A stretch of DNA of 64,000 bases, from NCBI GenBank assembly GCA_951406725.2, contig OX597815.1, positions 15,624,001 through 15,688,000 of the forward strand, written 5' to 3'. The position numbers and the translations under genes are program-made. The notes under the pieces were generated by a model, which was not told the origin of the DNA, searched no databases, and was given only the letters and a program-made list of their open reading frames with translations. The stretch comes from Octopus vulgaris. Taxonomy: Eukaryota. Positions 27,764 to 42,000 of the stretch are shown here, piece by piece. Each line of letters starts with the position of its first letter. Position 1 is the first letter of the stretch.

Positions 27764-27857
27764 ACACGTGCACACCACCACCACCCTACCCAACCGCATC
27801 CGAATACTAGAGAAGAAAGACGAAGTGAGTGTTTTCTGTACTGGTACTAATGTCTAT

Positions 27858-28630
27858 AGTGGTGGTGGTGGTGGTGCAGGTGGAGGTGGTGGTGCAGGTG
27901 GTGGTGCAGGTGGTGGTGCAGGTGGTGGTGCAGGTGGTGGTGCAGGTGGTGGTAGTGACAGCAGCGGCGACGGCGGTGGTGGTGGTAGTGGTGGTGGTGC
28001 AGGTGGTGGTAGTGGCAGCGGCGGTGACGGCGGTGGTGGTGGTGGTGCAGGTGGTGGTGCAGGTGAAAGTGCAGGTGGTGCTGGTGGTGGTGGTGCTGGT
28101 GGCGGCGGTGGTGGTAGTGGTGGTGGTTTTGGTGGTGGTGGTGGTGCTGGTGGCGGTTGTGGCGGCGGCGTAGGTGGTGGTGGTGCTGGTGGTGGTGGTG
28201 GTGGTTTTGGTGGTGGTGATGGCAGCCGTCGTCGTTGTCGTCATCATCGTGGTAGCGCTTGTGCGAGTGAAGCCTGCAAATGGGGGTAGTGTTGGTACCC
28301 CAGTGGAGAGGGTCTGGGGATACGGTTGTAGTAATTACGATAGTAGCTAGCTGGTAACTGCAGTGGTGGTAAAATGATGGGGGTTTGTTCTTAGTGTATA
28401 GTGATGGGGGGGCGTCACTGCATTGGTAGTGGTGGGTGTCGGTAGTGTTGGGGGTGGGTGTCGGTAGTGTTGGGGGTGGACGTACGACTGTGGTGGTGGT
28501 GGTGGTCGTCGTCGCAATGGTTTTGGTGATGGGGGTGGTGGGCGGTGTTTATAGGTGGGAATGATAGGGGTGGCGGTGTTTGTGGTTGTTGTTGTTGTTG
28601 GTGGTGGTGGTTGTGGTGGTGGTGGTAGTG
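27858..28630. repeat. G-rich (GGT)n / GGTGGTGGTGCA low-complexity repeat
   Basis: Visible directly. Confidence 0.9.
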
Positions 28631-28746
28631 ATTGTGACAATGGCTGTGATGAGAGTTGATTTACTCCCAAAACTTACAAACAAGCCTAGTAAAACCACCC
28701 GCTGAGGTACTTTCACTGACACCTACCGGGCTACCCGTGACATATA

Positions 28747-28792
<46 letters not shown>

Positions 28793-28912
28793 ACACACAC
28801 ACACATATATGTAGATGCATATAGATACATGCTTTTATATATATATTTATTTATTTATCTCATGCATGCACATGGCTATGTATTTGTGTGTATGGATCTA
28901 TATGTACGTCTT

Positions 28913-28953
<41 letters not shown>

Positions 28954-28990
28954 ATATATATGTATGTATATACATATATATATATATATG

Positions 28991-29025
<35 letters not shown>

Positions 29026-29202
29026 AGATGCAATGTGATACAATAAAGAAAAAATTGAAGAATAACGTTATTCTTCAATTAACTGAAAAGAAAAGAAATC
29101 CATGGATCAAATGGTACCTGTCGAACATATATCCCTCTCCCTGGGCTGAGTAACAGCCAATTCAAAAACGTTTGTCCTCTTTAAATCACCCTGTATGTTA
29201 CT

Positions 29203-29248
<46 letters not shown>

Positions 29249-29358
29249 CAATTGTTGAGTGTCCCACCCATGAGGGATCGATGCTAGATGTGTCGAAACA
29301 ATTGTCGTGATTAATAATAATTTCTCCTATATTCCATCTTCCGTCTTTCATTTGTCAT

Positions 29359-29420
<62 letters not shown>

Positions 29421-29423
<3 letters not shown>

Positions 29424-29684
29424 CGTGATCACCGTGACCGACCAGGCTATCAGATGCTGCTACACGTCGCTGGTCACAATGCGCTTCAAATGACGCCAAA
29501 CCAACAGAAGAAAGAGAGAAAGTTGTGGCGATAGAGTACAGCAGGGATCGCCACCACCCCCTGCCAGAGCTTCGTGGAGCTTTAGATGATTTCGCTCAAT
29601 AAACACTCACAACGTCCGGTCTGGGAATCGAAACCGCGATCCTACGACTGCGAGTCCGCTGCCCTAACCACTGGGTCATTGCGC

Positions 29685-29685
<1 letters not shown>
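29421..29685 (-). mobile_element. SINE family A
   Basis: Reverse complement of the 3352/18415 element, including the tRNA-like head. Confidence 0.85.
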
Positions 29686-29760
<75 letters not shown>

Positions 29761-30581
29761 ATATGTATGTATATATATATGTATGTGTGTGTATATATAT
29801 ATATTAATAAATGAAATAAAACATATGCATATATACATACATATATGTGCGTACCTACCTCTACATGTACATATACACGCATATATGAGTACAGGACAAT
29901 TAACACAAGGAAAAAACCCTTCTTCAGTCGCTATGGTTTCATCTGCTCTACGTTTCGAAGGATAAAAGCGAGACGTATCTTCGACAAGAAACTTTCCTTC
30001 CTGCGAAAAGCAAATCAATTAAAATTCTGAGATCTTTTCGCAGAGGGGTAAAAAATGGTAACAAAAACAGGACAGTAACGACAGTACAAATTATAAACAG
30101 TAAAAGACAGGACAAGGAAAAACAAGATAAGAAGGGCTGTTAACGCCGAACGAAAAAAGTATTGCGAACGCGGAATTTTTTATGAACGACGAGCGGAGCA
30201 AAAAGAATGTCATCCATTACCTTGAGAGGGCCAGGCCAGAAAGACAGCGGCGGAAGTCTCGTCGCCGGTGAACGACGGGAAGGGGGAGGAGGAGCAAGAG
30301 AAAGGGAGAGAAGAAGGGGAATGGCTGCGAGGAAACCATGAAGAATGAAGAGGGGGAGAGAGAGAGTGAAGAATGAGAGAGAGGAAGAGACAAGTTAAGT
30401 AGAGGAAAAGGAATTCAAAGAATGAAGGCTGAGAAGGGGATGGGACAGAAAGGTTAAGAGTGCGCGTCAAAGTTAATATCAAGAACAAAACTTGATATAA
30501 AGAACAATCTTACTTAAAGGGGTGCGTGCGTTTCGTCATATAATATATTAATAAATAAAATAAAACATATGCATATATATA

Positions 30582-30645
<64 letters not shown>

Positions 30646-30671
30646 CACACATATATATATAGAGAGAGAGA

Positions 30672-30918
30672 GACCATCAGATGTTGCTACACATAGCTGG
30701 TCACAATGCGTTGTTTTAGCGTCGAATGACTCCACCCCCGCTGGCTAAGCGAGCAGGCCAATAGAAGAAAGAGTGGTGAAAGAGTACAGCAGAGATCACC
30801 ACCCCCTGTCGGTGTTTTAGGTGTTTTCGCTCAATAAACACACACACAACGCCCGGTCTTGGAATCGAAATCGCGATCCTCCGACCGCGAGTCCGCTGTC
30901 CTAACCATTGCGCCTCCC

Positions 30919-30920
<2 letters not shown>
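30672..30920 (-). mobile_element. SINE family A (internally deleted)
   Basis: Homologous to the 3352 element. Confidence 0.8.
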
Positions 30921-30958
<38 letters not shown>

Positions 30959-30959
<1 letters not shown>

Positions 30960-31331
30960 TAGCAGTATCACCCGGCGTTGCTCGGGTTTGTAAGGGAAAT
31001 AACTATAAAGCATTTTTAGAGAGTTATAGCCAAAAAATAGCAAAAAAATAGAAAAAAAATTATGGTAAAATTTTTTTTGAGAGTTAAAAGGTCGAGTTTC
31101 GTCCCCTAGACAGTCTGTGGTTTGTGTTTCTGATTCTCGACCCCATGTCGAATTTGTCGATTTTTTTCAGAACTGGGGGAACTTTTCAAAATTTTCGCTG
31201 CGTTAGTTTTGAATTATGACATTGGGCTATGTGTGTATCAAGTTTCATCAGAATCGGTTGAAAGCCGTGGTCAGGGTGAGGGTACAACCTAACAGACACA
31301 CAGACACACAGACAAACTGCCGTTTATATAG

Positions 31332-31332
<1 letters not shown>
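30959..31332 (-). mobile_element. Non-autonomous Helitron, nearly identical to 46490-46875
   Basis: 5' A|TCTATATAAACGGCAG; 3' hairpin CCCGAGCAACGCCGGG + CTAG|T. Confidence 0.8.
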
Positions 31333-31367
<35 letters not shown>

Positions 31368-31706
31368 GTATATATAAATTAGAAATGGAAACCAAAATAA
31401 TAAATTGAATAGTTAAATCATTTAATCATTAAATGATAAATTCAATTCAATTATATTATTTTGCACAAACAAATGACACATTTCATAAATTACAGCTGTT
31501 TCAACACCATTAATAAAATAATTTTTTCAAGAATAATAAAATATCGTTTAAATATAATGAGGTTTCATCAGATAGACATATCTTCGTAAATATCTCACGA
31601 AAAATAGCAATTGAAAATTGTCTCCCCAGACACAACAAAATATGATTCAACACACGAACTCACATAAAGAATCTTGCAAAACAAATCCAAAAACGAAATA
31701 TCTGCT

Positions 31707-32418
31707 TATGTGAGTGTTCCATTTATTTCTAATCGTGTTTCTCCTTGAAGAAGGAAGAATACTCGTGGATTAATTCAGAAATCGGTCCGATTCGGGAATA
31801 ACGAATTTTAAAAAAATTTCTGTAAGCTTGCTTTCTTTGTTTCAGCACGCTGTGTATTTATAGTGAAAAATATTGTATGTGGTTAGACATTCTAAAGTCT
31901 ATTTTTCAGCATACTGGCATAGAAAATCTTTTCTTTTACCCTTATTTATAATTGTTTATATTTTCACCTTGAAAGGTATTTTAATATGCTGGCCACTGAT
32001 AATTTCTTTTTCTTTTGAAAAATGTTATTCTTACATTAGAAGTAAATTTATTACGATTCACTTCGGGACTGGTAACCACTTTACATGAGTTTTCCAGACC
32101 GTCTACACGTGTACTGAAGCTTGCTACAGAATTTCTGTTTGTATATATATTTGGGATACTTAAATGTGCTCATGACTTTGCATCTGCTTTTTCCGTGGGT
32201 ATATGTGAGTGTTCCATTTATTTCTAATCGTGTTTCTCGCTGAAGAAGGAAGAATCCTCGTGGATTAATCTAGAAATCGGTCCGATTCAGGAATAACGAA
32301 TTTTTTTTAAATTTCTGTTAGCTTGTTTTCCTCGTTTCAGCACGCTGTGTATTTATAGTGAAAAATATTGTATGCCGTTAGATTTTCTAAAGTCTAGTTC
32401 TTTTAGCATACTGGCATA
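31707..32418 (+). repeat. ~215-bp direct repeat (period 495 bp), pLTR-like, carrying hammerhead-like cores
   Basis: 31707-31921 and 32202-32418 align. The second copy has CTGAAGA (32240) ... GAAA TCG GTC (32273-32282). Confidence 0.7.
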
Positions 32419-32949
32419 TATATATATATACACAATACAAAATGGGACAAGAACGTAAAACATCCGGACAGCTAGGTGATACAAAAAGGGACAACAAAAC
32501 AGCCAGATAGATGATACAAAGAAAACAAGGATGGGTCATTCGAAGTTTTCTTTCCTCAGTCAAGCACCAGATTATCCTCGCAATTTCGGCTAATTATTCT
32601 TGAGATTGCTCCAATCTGGCCAGCCCCAAGGAAAAACTAAGCTAAGAGCATTAGATTCCTTGGAAGAAAGCAGCGAATGTATACAAAAACATGGACGGAA
32701 AAAACGGACAATGTTACACAAATATAGATACAATAAAAAACACAATAAAAATAATAACAGGACATAACAACAGGTGTCTTTCGACTAAGGACGAATTGAA
32801 TTAAGCTGGCGCGTGTGGAAATGAAGTCTTACGGCAGAGATAGAAACATTTCACAACACACAAGGAAGAATATCGATGAAAGCGGGTGGAGCCGCTCTAT
32901 GTCCTGATTAATGATACATCTAGTGATGGTGTCACAAAAAAATCACTGG

Positions 32950-33826
32950 TAATTACTTGACCTGATAATCGTACCTCATGTGAGTGACAATGAAAAAACA
33001 AATATTGTGAATAACCGTGGTAATGAAACTGAAGTCATTGATGGTGACAGTGTTGCACTTAGCAGGCTCAGAGATTCTGGTCCGGCTCCAGCCTGTTGAT
33101 ATCCAGAAAGGGGCCAGCAGACACGGCGTAGACGGGGCAAGCAAATTAATGCTGTGGTCATGGAGTGTTACTACCTGAGCAATCTGATAGATGAAAATGG
33201 TGCTCAAATTAGAGGTTACTGACAACATATGTATAATCATTGGAAGGAAAGGGGATTGTTTCAACTCACGGAACATATATTATGTGATCAAGCTAGAGCA
33301 ATAAGAAAAAATCGTTGGTTTACAGAAGTAGAGCTCGAAGCTATCAAAAGACGGGTCATGGACAATAGCAGCAGAGATAACAATGAAAATACACTTATTA
33401 ATAAGAGTAATCTCATAGCACAGGAAAGGAGCAGTGGTAGCTTACTTGATGAGAGACATATAGATGATCTGAAAGAAGACAATAAAACTAATAGCGACAT
33501 GACAGATGAACAAAAGGCAAGCTACGACAGGATAAAGGTAAGACTACAGGAGAACGATAGCGACATTATTTGCAACTTTAAAAAGGTTGATCGATTGAAA
33601 TTGAACGAAGAAACGAAAAATGTCAATGAAATTCTGAAATACATCAGAACAAACAACATCACAGAAACAAATAATATGATCAAGGCAGCAAGTATTCTTG
33701 TAGCTGAAAACGTGGGTGTTGATGTCAAGGAAAAGAAACATAATGGTAGTGACGAAAGAAAAGATCCATGGTGGAAAAGAAGAATCCAGGCAGGATTAGA
33801 CATGCTCTCGAAAGAAATCTCTGTGT
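32950..33826 (+). mobile_element. Dong/R4-type LINE N-terminal ORF region, truncated by a SINE B fragment
   Basis: VMECYYLS...RGY*QHMYNHWKERG...TEHILCDQARAIRKNRWF..ELEAI and DPWWKRRIQ are characteristic of the R4/Dong N-terminus. There is an in-frame stop at about 33220. Confidence 0.8.
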
Positions 33827-33978
33827 TAAGTCGATTACAACTAGTACTTAATTTATCGACCCCGAAAGGATGAAAGGCAAAGTCGACTTCGGCGGAATTT
33901 GAACTCAGAACGTAGTAAAGTCGGACATAATACCGCTAAGCATTTTGCCCGGTGTGCTAACGATTCTGCCAACTCGTC
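33826..33978 (-). mobile_element. SINE family B fragment
   Basis: Contains cgaccccgaaaggatgaaaggcaaagtcgac...ccgctaagcattttgcccgg. Confidence 0.8.
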
Positions 33979-34768
33979 AATGATAGCCACACTATCAACA
34001 ACAATGGAAGCATAATTACCAAGAAAAAAATTTTATTTTTATTTTGTTATACTTCAAATTTCCTTGTCTAACATGTCTGATCATTTCATAAAGAACATCG
34101 ACTTTTCTCAGATGTCTGTTTCTCCTAGTCTCCATTTCACCTACCTTTACACAACGTGTGAAACTGTTTCCTTTCCTTCGTATGCTATAGTAATGTCAAC
34201 ATTCTACAATGTCATCTCAATGTCGCCAGCTTAACACTTTATTTGACTGTTTCGCATTTCTTTCTTAATAAACAGTTATTGCTGTTGCTGCTGCTGTTGA
34301 GCGAAGATGGAAGATGTCCGAAACGTGGTCCTTTGCTATTCGTAATACCCGCAGAAGAGAGAGCAGATCAACCCCCGACCCCGAGAGCATCGACGGATGG
34401 ATGAATGCGCATCCAGGCTCAGCGGTTGCGTTGGAAGTTGGGAACAAGAGTGAGAGAAAGTTGGAGCAAAAGAGTATAACAGGGGTCACCACCACCCCCT
34501 GCCGAAGCCTCGTGGAGCTTTAGGTGTTTTCGCTCAATAAACACACACAACGCCCAGTCTGGGAATCGAAACCGCTGTCGTTATTGATATTGTTGTTGCT
34601 GTTGCTGTTGCTACTGTTATTGTTGGTCTTAGTGACGTTGCTTGTTATTGTTGTTGTTGTTGTTATCATTGTAGCTGTTATTGTTACCTATTGTTTATTT
34701 TGTTGACATTGTTTATGTTTTCTTTTATTGCTGAAACTCCTATCGTTTGATTTAGGAGCAGCAGCAGC

Positions 34769-34842
<74 letters not shown>

Positions 34843-36888
34843 CAGCAGCAGCAGTGGTAGTAGTAGTAGTAGTCGTTGTTGTTGCCGTTGTTTACAGATT
34901 TGCAAGTTCAGAAGAGCCAAGTCCGTCGTCTTGGAAACGTATGTGTCAGAGATTGTGGTGTATTGCGAATTAAGCTAAATGAAAATTCTTTAGATGCAGA
35001 CTAGATGTTCGTGCGCACAACAACTGTTCTATCCTAGATATGTGAGAAATGTTCAAATGCCACGGATTGAAATTGTCTTTTAAAAGTTCAGCTAGTGTTC
35101 AGAGCTAAAGTATTTTCTGCAATTTGAATGCTCAACGTACTAGAAACTGCACACAAATTGCCCTCAAATTTTACCTCACCGTCTTGACGAAAGAAAAGAC
35201 ACTTAGAAGGATATAATCCTACTCACCCCTAAAAAGACAGGATGATTATGGCTGGGTTACCTTTGAACATAAGTCTACTCTCCCAGGGTTACTTATGATT
35301 TAACAAATACAAAAGCAGCTACAACGAAATGAGATCTTATACAGGTAATTGAATTTCCCTCAACTTTCAATTTATGGAACATAGGATCGAATACAAGAAC
35401 ATGTTAGCAAAGAGATTAGGTACCATTAATATCTCTTTTAGTTTATGATACACAGCATCAAGCATAAGGTTTTGTTAGCAAACAGATTGTGTGTCATCAC
35501 AATCGCTTTCAGATTATGGGACACAAAACAAAATGCAACATTCAGTAAAGATAGTTTTAGTGATACTCAAAGACTGGTTGAATTACCTTTACGCAAATAT
35601 TCAGGAATTTACCTCTGGGAAGAGTCATTTTAATAATCTAATAATATGGAAAAACAGTGAAATTTACTTCTCATCTAATTTCTTCCCTAAGTTTTCGTCG
35701 CAACATCGACACAGTTCCACACCTCAAGAACTAAAAGAAAAACGAATTTAAATGTTTTTGTGAGTTTTAGATGGCTAATATGGCTCCTCCATAATCAAGA
35801 CACTTGCTAGACAAGTGCAACTTCGAAATATAAGACTTCCTAATTCTTTATGGCACTTAACTATCATTTTTAATATGCTGTGTTATTCAAATCAGGCTAT
35901 CTACGGACACCATTACCAGTTGCTCAGAAGGAAAACATGATTTTTCTATTTTGAATCCGTTTGTCTCCTTTTAATGTTGAAGCCATGGGTATCCTTATTT
36001 TGTTTTGCAAATGCATTCTGCACTTACAGAGTTAAATTTAGATATATCTAATGGGAACTTCGTCTCCATGTCAGTAGCTTCAGAGTAAAGTAATATACTG
36101 ATCTTCTTCTTAAAGGGTAAGCTGGTGGGGCAAATTCTTTTCATGCCAAAAGATTTATGCTATTTGCCATAAAAACTACGAACGGGGGGGAATGAAAAAT
36201 TATTCTTAATTTTAGGGCTATTACTTCTTGTGTGTTTACAATCCTGCTCTGATTTCCATCTCATCGTTGCGAAGCATTTTTCTATAATCTGATGCCATAA
36301 AATTTCAAGTGAAGCTTGTGTACTTCGAGGGAGGTTTTAGAACCGATATTACGCCTTCATCTAGAAGTACTCCACCGTGTGTTCTCCCACATTCTTTGAA
36401 CTCTTCTGTTGCAGTGTGTGGGTGGTTTCGTTGTCGTTTTACATAATGAACCATATTGTTTTGAAGAAGCCTCTTGATTATGCAGAATGAATATTCACAT
36501 TTTCCTACACACCACCACATCACTCTACCGAACCAATATCCCCACCTCCACAGTTACCTCCAACAGCAGCTGTTGACGATGTCAACAACAACAGCAACAA
36601 CAACAAAAATAATATCAATAATGACGGCGGCGTCGACTTCAAGGCCGATGTTTATTTTGTTTCTACCGGAAACTTTACATTGTTTTGCCAAAATGTCTCA
36701 AAAGATGCCCTTTCTGACTTTATCACTCCCCTTTCTCTTTCTTCTTCTCCTTCCCTCTCACCCTCTTCACCACCACCCCACACACAGACACGCATGTGGG
36801 TATATATAAATATATGTCTGTCGGCTATAACAAACAACCTTCTAAGTATATACATAAGTATATATGTATATATGTTATATATATAGAC

Positions 36889-37043
36889 ATAGGAATGGCT
36901 GTGGGGTAAGTAGCTTGCATACGAACTACATGGTTCCGGGTTCAATCCCACTGCATGACACCTTGGGCAAGTGTCTTCTACGATAACCTCGTGAGTGGAT
37001 TTGGTAGACGGAAATTGAAAGAAGCCCGTCGTATATATGTATA

Positions 37044-37079
<36 letters not shown>

Positions 37080-37342
37080 TGTATGTATGTATGTATGTAT
37101 GTATGTATGTATGTATGTGTGTGTGTGTATATGTTTGTGTGTCTGTGTTTCTCCCCCTAACATCGCTTGACAACCGATGCTGGTGTGTTTACGTCCCCGT
37201 AACTTAGCGGTTCGACAAAAGAGGCCGATATAAGTACTAGGCTTACAAAAGAATAAGTCCTGGGGTCGATTTGCTCGACTATAGGCGATGCTCCAGCATG
37301 GCCACAGTCAAATGACTGAAACAAATAAAAGAGTAAAAGAGT
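36889..37342 (+). mobile_element. SINE family C
   Basis: Full-length homology to 17498-17910. Confidence 0.85.
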
Positions 37343-37639
37343 ATATATTATATACAAGTCTGTGTGTGTGTGCATATGTATGCATGACATAGTTTCAGGT
37401 TCAGTCCCACTGCACAGTACCTTAATATATCATATATATAACAAAAATTTAAATTTTGGACATAGAGTTACCAAAGGCTTCGTATCCACAAAACCAAAGC
37501 CTTGTGGACAGCTCGTCAGACTCTATACATAGACAAAAATATAAACCTTCTACGTCTCCTTCAGTTGTGTACCTAACATAAAAAAAAACATTTTAACAAG
37601 TACCCACAATGCAAGGGATGAGGCAGTGTGTTCTTGCAG

Positions 37640-38130
<491 letters not shown>

Positions 38131-39010
38131 AATGTCCAATAGGAGGCCGATGTGAGGCTGAAGGAGTCATCTATGAAGCTACGGTGACACATAGACCTGC
38201 TATTCGCATTACCAGCAATACCGTCCAACATCAATATTAGCAGATTAACCAGGTCTCACGCAAGTACAATCGCTACAGCCAGAGATGAGGATCAGTCCGG
38301 GACCAACGTCACAGAGGACGTTACTCACGACCCCAATACCACCGCCACAGATGATGAACAAACCATTATCATCGTCACCGATAGAGTGACAAGCCCCGCA
38401 CCATATGTTACCACCAGTGCAATCGCCACACCTAGAGATGATGACCAATCCAGGACCAGCGACACAGAGGTGGTATCCAGCGTTCCCAGTACGACCACCA
38501 CAGATGATAACTAAACAATTATCATCAACATCGACATCTGCTTCCCAAACCAACATCAACTACAATGACACGGGGAAAGAAGAGATGGGCGATCAATGGA
38601 TCGCGGTGACAAAAGGTTGCTCGGCGAAAGAGGAAGAGACAACATAGTCCTACTCCAAGAACTCAACAAAAGCATATTCTGAAACCACAACTGCAACACA
38701 TTCACAACAACTCCAACAAAAACAATAAAACCAAGTTTGTGAGGCATGTGTTTCCGCAACTCGTCTCTTTGGGGGAGCTGCAGTCCTGGATAAAAGACAG
38801 TCCAAGACTGGGTGCCTGGCACCTAGAATATAGTCAGGCGCTCACTGTCCTCTACTTGTCGGACAACAGGATCGGTGAATGTACCACTTTAGAAATTTAT
38901 AGAGGATCAGTGGCGAGAAAGTACGACGACGTCCAAGGGGTGACTCTGGGCGTTTACGAAGATGAACTGACAAGTCTGTTCTAGAGGACTTTTCGGTCGG
39001 TGACTATTAT

Positions 39011-42000
39011 GGGTACAATTTTCCATGAAAATTTTCTAAAAATTTTTGGGTAAAATTTTCGAAGAATTTTTGGGGAAAATTTTGGGGAAAATTTTCGAAA
39101 AATTTTTGGGTAACATTTTCAGAAAATTTTCGGTGAAAATTTTCAGAAAAATTTTGGGGGAAAATTTTCAGTGAAAATTTTCGGTGAATATTTTCGTGAA
39201 ATTTTTGGGGAAAATTTTCAGTGAAAATTTTCGAAAATTTTTGGGTAAAATTTTCGGTGAAAATTTTCAGAAAATTTTTAGGGAAAATTTTCGGGAAATT
39301 TTCGGGTAAAATTTTTGGGTAAAATTTTCGGTGAAAATTTTCGAAACATTTCTGGGTAAAATTTTCGGTCGAAATTTTTGGGGAAAATTTTCGGGAAATT
39401 TTTGGGTAAAATTTTCAGTGAAAATTTTCGAAAAATTTTTGGTCGAAATTTTCGGTCGAAATTTTTGGGGAAAATTTTCGGGAAATTTTTGGGGAAAATT
39501 TTCGGTGAATATTTTCGGGAATTTTTTAGGGAAAATTTTCATTGAGTAAAATTTTCGGTGAATATTTTCGAAAAATTTTGGGTGAAAATTTTCGAAAAAT
39601 TTTTGGGTAAAATTTTCGAAAAATTTTGGGGGAAAATTTTCAGTGAAAATTTTCGGTGAATAGTTTCGTGAAATTTTTGGGTAAAATTTTCAGTGAAAAT
39701 TTTGGAAAAATTTTCGGGAAAATTTTCAGTGAAAATTTTGGAAAAATTTTTGGGGAAAATTTTCGAAAAATTTTGGGGGAAAATTTTCAGTGAAAATTTT
39801 CGGTGAATATTTTCGTGAAATTTTTGGGTAAAATTTTCAGTGAAAATTTTCGAAAAATTTTTGGGTAACATTTTCAGAAAATTTTCGGTGAAAATTTTCA
39901 GAAAATTTTTGGGGAAAATTTTCAGTGAAAATTTTCGAAAAATTTCTCTGAAAATTTTCGAAAATTTTTGGGTAAAATTTTCGGTGAATATTTTCGTGAA
40001 ATTTTTGGGTAAAATTTTCGGTGAAAATCTTCAGAAAATTTTTGGGGAAAATTTTCAGAAAATTTTCGGCGAAAATTTTTGAAAAATTTTTGGTGAAAAT
40101 TTTCGGTCAAAGTCTTCGAAAATTTTCGGGAAAAAAAATTTTCAGTGAAAATTTTGGAAAAAAATTTTTGGGAAAATTTTCAGAAAATTTTGAAAATTTT
40201 GGGGGAAAATTTTCAGTGAAAATTTTGGAAAAATTTTTGGGGAAAATTTTCGAAATCTTTTGGGGGAAAATTTTCAGTGAAAATTTTCGGTGAATATTTT
40301 CGTGAAATTTTTGGGGAAAATTTTCAGTGAAAATTTTCGAAAAATTTTTGGGTAAAATTTTCGGTGAAAATTTTCAGAAAATTTTTGGGGAAAATTTTCG
40401 GAAAATTTTCGGGTAAAATTTTTGGGTAAAATTTTCGGTGAAAATTTTCGAAGAATTTTTGGGGAAAATTTTCAGAAACATTTTCGGTGAAAAATTTTCG
40501 AAACATTTTCGGTGAAAATTTTCGAAACATTTCTGGGTAATATTTTCGGTCGAAATTTTTGGGGAAAATTTTCGGGAAATTTTTGGGTAAAATTTTCAGT
40601 GAAAATTTTCGAAAAATTTTTGGTCAAAATTTTCGGTCGAAATTTTTGGGGAAAATTTTCGGGAAATTTTGGGGGAAAATTTTTGAAAAATTTTCAGTGA
40701 AAATTTTGGAAAAATTTTTGGGAAAATTTTCGAAAAATTTTGGGGGAAAATTTTCAGTGAAAATTTTGGAAAAATTTTTGGGGAAAATTTTCGAAAAATT
40801 TTGGGGGAGAATTTACAGTGAAAATTTTCGGTGAATATTTTCGTGAAATTTTTGGGGAAAATTTTCAGTGAAAATTTTCGAAAAATTGTTGGGTAAAATT
40901 TTCGGTGAAAATTTTCAGAAAATTTTTGGGTAAAATTTTCAGTGAAAATTTTGGAAAAATTTTGGGGGAAAATTTTCAGTGAAAATTTTGGAAAAATTTT
41001 TGGGGAAAATTTTCGAAATCTTTTGGGGGAAAATTTTCAGTGAAAATTTTCGGTGAATATTTTCGTGAAATTTTTGGGGAAAATTTTCAGTGAAAATTTT
41101 CGAAAAATTTTTGGGTAAAATTTTCGGTGAAAATTTTCAGAAAATTTTGGGAAAATTTTCGGAAAATTTTCGGGTAAAATTTTTGGGTAAAATTTTCGGT
41201 GAAAATTTTCGAAGAATTTTTGGGTAAAATTTTCGGTGAAAATTTTCAGAAAATTTTTGGGGAAAATTTTCGGAAAATTTTCGGGTAAAATTTTTGGGTA
41301 AAATTTTCGGTGAAAATTTTCGAAGAATTTTTGGGGAAAATTTTCAGAAACATTTTCGGTGAAAAATTTTCGAAACATTTTCGGTGAAAATTTTCGAAAC
41401 ATTTCTGGGTAATATTTTCGGTCGAAATTTTTGGGGAAAATTTTCGGGAAATTTTTGGGTAAAATTTTCAGTGAAAATTTTCGAAAAATTTTTGGTCAAA
41501 ATTTTCGGTCGAAATTTTTGGGGAAAATTTTCGTGAAATTTTTGGGGAAAATTTTCAGTGAAAATTTTCGAAAAATTGTTGGGTAAAATTTTCGGTGAAA
41601 ATTTTCAGAAAATTTTTGGGTAAAATTTTCAGTGAAAATTTTGGAAAAATTTTGGGGAAAATTTTCAGTGAAAATTTTGGAAAAATTTTTGGGGAAAATT
41701 TTCGAAAAATTTTGGGGGAAAATTTTCAGTGAAAATTTTGGAAAAATTTTTGGGGAAAATTTTCGAAAAATTTTGGGGGAAAATTTTCAGTGAAAATTTT
41801 CGGTGAATATTTTCGTGAAATTTTTGGGTAAAATTTTCAGTGAAAATTTTCGAAAAATTTTTGGGTAACATTTTCAGAAAATTTTCGGTGAAAATTTTCA
41901 ATGAAAATTTTCGAAAAATTTCTCTGAAAATTTTCGAAAAATTTTTGGTAAAATTTTCGGTGAATATTTTCGTGAAATTTTTGGGTAAAATCTTCAATGA

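Noticed and set aside
27687-28289. Glycine-rich structural protein ORF
   Set aside because: It is a (GGT)n-derived repeat open in several frames, with no signal peptide and no convincing exon structure.
36305-36523. Possible exon/ORF in unique sequence
   Set aside because: No recognisable motif, weak splice signals and no in-phase partner exon found.
38140-39010. Pro/Thr-rich ORFs before the satellite
   Set aside because: They are fragmented by stops. They may be a LINE ORF1 relic, but no diagnostic motif is visible.
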